Assembly: GCA_052039575.1 (NCBI GenBank)
Contig: JBQGEK010000025.1
Span: forward strand, 5-64,004
Reading direction: 5' to 3'
DNA length: 64,000 nt
Source: Patulibacter sp.
Lineage (GTDB): Bacteria > Actinomycetota > Thermoleophilia > Solirubrobacterales > Solirubrobacteraceae
Below the pieces are notes generated by a model, which saw nothing but the letters and a program-made list of their open reading frames with translations, was not told where the DNA came from and made no database searches. The position numbers were made by a program, and so were the translations under genes. Shown piece after piece: positions 60,315 through 64,000 of this stretch. The first letter of the stretch is position 1; every line of letters begins with the position of its first letter.

Positions 60315-61310
60315 CTAGAGCCAGCCGCTGCGGCGGAACCAGAGTGCCATCGCGGTGAAGACCCCGATCATCGCGACGACCAGACCGAAGAACCAGGTCA
60401 GGTTGTCCTGGCCCGGGACCTCGACGTTCATGCCCCACAGTGACGCGATGAACGTCAGCGGCAGCACGATCACGCTCATCGCGGTCAGGACGTTCAACGC
60501 GCCCGACTGCTGGTGCGCCAGCACCGACTCGTTCGAGCTCTCCAAGGCCTCGGCGACCTCCTTGAAGTTCTCGAGCATGTCCCAGATCCGCTCCGACGCG
60601 TCGTTGATGTCGTCGAAGTAGAGCTCCTGGTCCTCGACCAGATAGCGGCGCGCTGCGTTCAGGTCCTTGAGCGCGGTGCGCTGCGGTCGGACGATCTTGC
60701 GGAAGTTGATGATCTCCTGCTTGGCGTTGGAGATGTCGCGGACGATCTCCTTGGAGCGGCCCTCGAAGATGTCTTCCTCGAGCTGCTCCAGCTTGTTCCC
60801 GATCTTGCGCAGCATCGGGAACGACGCGTCGACGCACTCGTCGACGATCCGGTAGAGCAGGTACCCAGGCCCCTTGGCGAAGTGCTTCTCGCGCTCGTCG
60901 TCCCGCTGCTCCACCCGGCTGAACAGATACTCGATCGTCCGCGAGGGCCGGTTCGGGATCGTGATCACGTAGTCGGGGCCGATGAACACATCCAGCTCGG
61001 CCGCGTTCAGCCGACCGACGGTCTTGTCGTAGTCCGGGAAGTGCAGGACGACGAACAGGTAGTCGTCGTAGACGTCGACCTTCGGGCGCTGGTTGCGCGA
61101 CGTGACGTCCTCGTAGTCGAGGGCGTGGAAGTCGAAGTTCTCGCGCAGCCACGCGAACTCGAGGCGGCCGGCGCGTCGGACGTTGATCCAGCGCAGGCCG
61201 TGCGCCTCGACGACGTCGATCTGCGGGGTGGTCGGCTCTTCCGGGCGAGCGGGCTTCGGGTCAGGCGACCGGGGACCGAAGCCGAACCGGGGTCGGGAAA
61301 ACACCGGCAT
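60315..61310 (-). CDS. corA: CorA family Mg2+ transporter
   Basis: FHALDYED, QRPKVD, two C-terminal TM helices with the GMN motif (PLTFIASLWGMNV). Confidence 0.92.
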   Translation of the reverse strand: MPVFSRPRFGFGPRSPDPKPARPEEPTTPQIDVVEAHGLRWINVRRAGRLEFAWLRENFDFHALDYEDVTSRNQRPKVDVYDDYLFVVLHFPDYDKTVGRLNAAELDVFIGPDYVITIPNRPSRTIEYLFSRVEQRDDEREKHFAKGPGYLLYRIVDECVDASFPMLRKIGNKLEQLEEDIFEGRSKEIVRDISNAKQEIINFRKIVRPQRTALKDLNAARRYLVEDQELYFDDINDASERIWDMLENFKEVAEALESSNESVLAHQQSGALNVLTAMSVIVLPLTFIASLWGMNVEVPGQDNLTWFFGLVVAMIGVFTAMALWFRRSGWL

Positions 61311-61454
61311 ACGGACTGAGGGGTTCGTCGAGGGCAGCCGGCACGATGGATCAAGTGTACCCGGCCGCGCATCGTCCTCCGCGCTCCAGGACCCGGATCG
61401 AGCGGCCGATGCAGGCGGAACAGGTGCTATCGTTGCCCGCGGACAACAGATGAG

Positions 61455-61548
61455 CACATCCAGAGGGGGGGAGGGACTGGCCCGTTGAACCCCCGGCAAC
61501 CATCGCGAACACGCCGACGCGAAGAGGTGCCAATTCCAGAGAGATGTG
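61455..61548 (+). ncRNA. SAM-I (S-box) riboswitch lacking P4
   Basis: P1 CACATC/GATGTG, ATCCAGAG, GGAGGGACTGGCCC kink-turn region, GGCAACC...GGTGCCAATTCC, pseudoknot CTGG/CCAG; extended -10 TGcTATCGT at 61425-61433. Confidence 0.92.
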
Positions 61549-61614
61549 TGGCTGAACCCGTACCGGACCTTCGCCACACCGTTTTTCGGCGAAGGCCAAC
61601 CGGAGTTCACCCCC

Positions 61615-62901
61615 ATGTCTGCCACCGCCCTGTCGTGCCGCGAATGCGGCAGTCAGTATCCGCTCGAGGCCCACTTCGTCTGCTCGAAGTGCTTCGGCCC
61701 GCTCGAGGTCAAGTACGCCGAGCACGCGTCGGCTGGTGATCCCGAAGCGATCAAGCGTCGGATCCAGGCCGGATCGCGCGACATCTGGCGCTACTCCGAC
61801 TTCCTCCCCGTCGACCGGGTGCCCACGCTGGCGCCGACCGGTCCGGGGGACAGCGCGGGACTCGAGGGGCTGCCCGCCGGCAGCACGCCGCTGGTCCGGG
61901 CCGATCGCCTGGCGGAGCGGCTCGGCCTGCGCGAGGTCTGGGTCAAGAACGACGCGGCCAACCCGACGCACTCGTTCAAGGACCGGGTCGTCGCGGTCGC
62001 CGCCGCCCGCGCCAAGGAGCTCGGCTTCACCACGCTCGCGTGCGCGTCGACCGGCAACCTGGCCAACGCCGTCGCCGCGGCGGGCGCGGCCCTCGGCATG
62101 CCCGTCTACGTCTTCATCCCGTCGGATCTCGAAGAGCAGAAGATCCTCGCCACCGGGATCTACGGCGCCAACGTCGTCACCGTCCGCGGCAACTACGACG
62201 ACGTCAACCGACTCTGCACCGAGGTCGCCGGCGAACGTCCCGACTGGGCGTTCGTCAACGTCAACATGCGTCCGTACTACGCCGAGGGCTCGAAGACCCT
62301 GGCGTACGAGATCGCCGAGCAGCTCGGCTGGCGCACGCCTGACCGGATCGTCGCTCCGATCGCTTCCGGTTCGCTGTTCACCAAGATCGGGAAGGGCTTC
62401 CAGGAGTGGCTCGACCTGGGTCTGCTCTCCGACGACAGTGCCGTCCCGGTGATGAGTGGCGCCCAGGCCGCCGGCTGCAACCCGGTCGCCGCGGCGTTCC
62501 AGGCCGGTCAGGACGTCTGTCGTCCGGTCAAGCCGGACACGATCGCCAAGTCGCTCGCCATCGGCAATCCGGCCGACGGCCCGTACGCGATCGAGCTGGC
62601 CCGCCAGACCGCCGGCACGATCACCGACGTCGACGACGACGAGATCAAGGAGGGCATCCGCCTGCTCGCCGAGACCACCGGAATCTTCACCGAGACGGCC
62701 GGCGGCGTCACCACGGCGACGCTCAAGAAGCTCGCCGACGCCGGCGCGATCGGCTCGGACGAGAGCGTCGTGATCGTGATCACCGGCGAGGGCCTGAAGA
62801 CCCTCGACGCGGTCCGCGGCACCTTCGAGTGCAACGAGATCGACCCCAGCTTCTCGCAGTTCGAGACCAACGTTGAAACCCGTACGGAGGTGACGGTCTG
62901 A
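61615..62901 (+). CDS. Threonine synthase-like PLP enzyme (candidate O-phosphohomoserine sulfhydrylase)
   Basis: N-terminal CxxC...CxxC, NPTHSFKDR (PLP Lys), CASTGNLAN, EGSKT, TGEGLK; riboswitch and sulfur-carrier context. Confidence 0.88.
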   Translation: MSATALSCRECGSQYPLEAHFVCSKCFGPLEVKYAEHASAGDPEAIKRRIQAGSRDIWRYSDFLPVDRVPTLAPTGPGDSAGLEGLPAGSTPLVRADRLAERLGLREVWVKNDAANPTHSFKDRVVAVAAARAKELGFTTLACASTGNLANAVAAAGAALGMPVYVFIPSDLEEQKILATGIYGANVVTVRGNYDDVNRLCTEVAGERPDWAFVNVNMRPYYAEGSKTLAYEIAEQLGWRTPDRIVAPIASGSLFTKIGKGFQEWLDLGLLSDDSAVPVMSGAQAAGCNPVAAAFQAGQDVCRPVKPDTIAKSLAIGNPADGPYAIELARQTAGTITDVDDDEIKEGIRLLAETTGIFTETAGGVTTATLKKLADAGAIGSDESVVIVITGEGLKTLDAVRGTFECNEIDPSFSQFETNVETRTEVTV

Positions 62902-63182
62902 TGGCCGCAGTCACGATCAAGATCCCGACGCAGCTGCGTGACGCCACCGGAGGCGAGGGCACGATCAAGCTCGACGCCACGACTGTCGGCACCGCCCTCG
63001 AGGCGCTGTTCACGGCCCACCCCGAGCTGCGCTCGAGCCTGACCGACGACAACGGCGATCTGCGCCGGTTCGTCAACGTCTACCTCGACGGCGAGGACCT
63101 CCGCTACGGCGAGGGACTGGAGACGCCGGTCGCCGAGCGTCAGGAGCTGCAGATCCTGCCGGCCGTCGCCGGCGGCCGCTGA
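62901..63182 (+). CDS. MoaD/ThiS/CysO-like ubiquitin-fold sulfur carrier
   Basis: IKIPTQLR, LRRFVNVYLDGED, ILPAVAGG followed by one extra Arg. Confidence 0.9.
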   Translation: MAAVTIKIPTQLRDATGGEGTIKLDATTVGTALEALFTAHPELRSSLTDDNGDLRRFVNVYLDGEDLRYGEGLETPVAERQELQILPAVAGGR

Positions 63183-63193
63183 TCGACGCGGCG

Positions 63194-63220
63194 CGCGGCC
63201 ACGCATGATGCGTGGCCGCG
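63194..63220. terminator. Hairpin after the sulfur-carrier gene
   Basis: CGCGGCCACGCAT-G-ATGCGTGGCCGCG perfect inverted repeat. Confidence 0.65.
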
Positions 63221-63320
63221 GCACTCCGATCGCAGCGCGCTCCGACGACGCTCCGGTCCTCGTGGGACGGCGCCTGACCGTCGCGCCGACCCGAGCGCGT
63301 CGGCGGCTGCCGCGTCCCCG

Positions 63321-64000
63321 CTAGCGGCTCTCCGTGGCGGGCTCGACCTCGGCCGTGACCGTCGGCCGCTCCGTCGACTCTTCGGCGTCCGCGTCGGGGA
63401 CGTCGTCCAGCCCGGGCGTGACCGGACGCTGTTCGGGCGGCCACGCCTCGTCGGCTGCGGGCGGCTCGGCCGGCGGATCGCTCGGCTTCGACGCCGTCTT
63501 GCGCCGGGCCCACTCCATCGCCGGCTTCTCGAGCAGGCTCCAGCTGATCATCGCCAGCAACGTCGACAGCACCATCACCGCGGTGCACGACCAGAGCAGC
63601 GACGACGGCCAGATCTCGAGCGACCGCAGCAGGTAGATCACCGGGAAGTGCCACAGGTACAGCCCGTACGACAGCTTGCCGTACCACTGCCACGGCCCTC
63701 GGGCGAAGACAACCTCGCCGGGGATCTTCGAGAGCACGAAGCCCGCGATGATCATCGCGACGCCGATCGAAGCCGGCGTGTCCACGACCTGGTCGCGCAG
63801 CGTCGGATCGAGCAGGCTGTACCCGCGGACGACCGCTTCGAACAGGACCAGGGCTCCGCCGCCCGCGACGAGCGCGTAGGCGAGTCCCTTGTGGCTGGTC
63901 CGGCCGTGGACGAGCACGGCGACGAGCATGCCCGCGGCGAACGAGTTCAGCCGCCCGAGCAGCGAGTCCTTGAGCGCCGAGTGCTGGGGGCCGTTGATCG
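63321..64000 (-). CDS. Acyltransferase family 3 membrane protein (5' end outside the window)
   Basis: GKLSYGLYLWHFPV, SWSLLEKP; reading frame open to the window edge. Confidence 0.85.
   Translation of the reverse strand, partial: INGPQHSALKDSLLGRLNSFAAGMLVAVLVHGRTSHKGLAYALVAGGGALVLFEAVVRGYSLLDPTLRDQVVDTPASIGVAMIIAGFVLSKIPGEVVFARGPWQWYGKLSYGLYLWHFPVIYLLRSLEIWPSSLLWSCTAVMVLSTLLAMISWSLLEKPAMEWARRKTASKPSDPPAEPPAADEAWPPEQRPVTPGLDDVPDADAEESTERPTVTAEVEPATESR

Overview
This window is very GC-rich bacterial chromosome, mostly core genome. Gene content and order suggest a deep-branching actinobacterium (Thermoleophilia/Solirubrobacterales-like; inferred, not searched). The main gene blocks are aroC-aroKB-aroQ-pepP-efp-nusB-xseB-like-ispA-dxs-tlyA-ppnK-recN, pyrG-M20 peptidase-nudF-xerD, fpg/grx/recO-ppdK-dgt-dnaG, pdxST, a small CDP-sugar cluster, and yebC-ruvCAB-secDF-recJ-rel. 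There are two tRNAs (Asn-GTT, Ile2-CAT). I found no CRISPR array, transposase or prophage. The most interesting signals are: (1) a P4-less SAM-I riboswitch controlling a 'threonine synthase'-like gene plus a ubiquitin-like sulfur carrier ending GG-R, probably a sulfur-carrier route to homocysteine/methionine rather than threonine synthesis; (2) a readable DNA-damage regulon, with LexA boxes at recN, ruvC and an unknown 89-aa winged-helix-like gene, and a consensus PafBC/RecA-NDp-type promoter in front of secDF-recJ-rel; (3) a small Zn-finger plus histone-H1-like-tail protein; (4) pervasive leaderless-type promoters; (5) a pdxS gene with strikingly G/T-skewed codon use; (6) clusters of motif-breaking substitutions that look like base-calling errors. 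Several start codons were moved from the ORF track to more plausible downstream starts.
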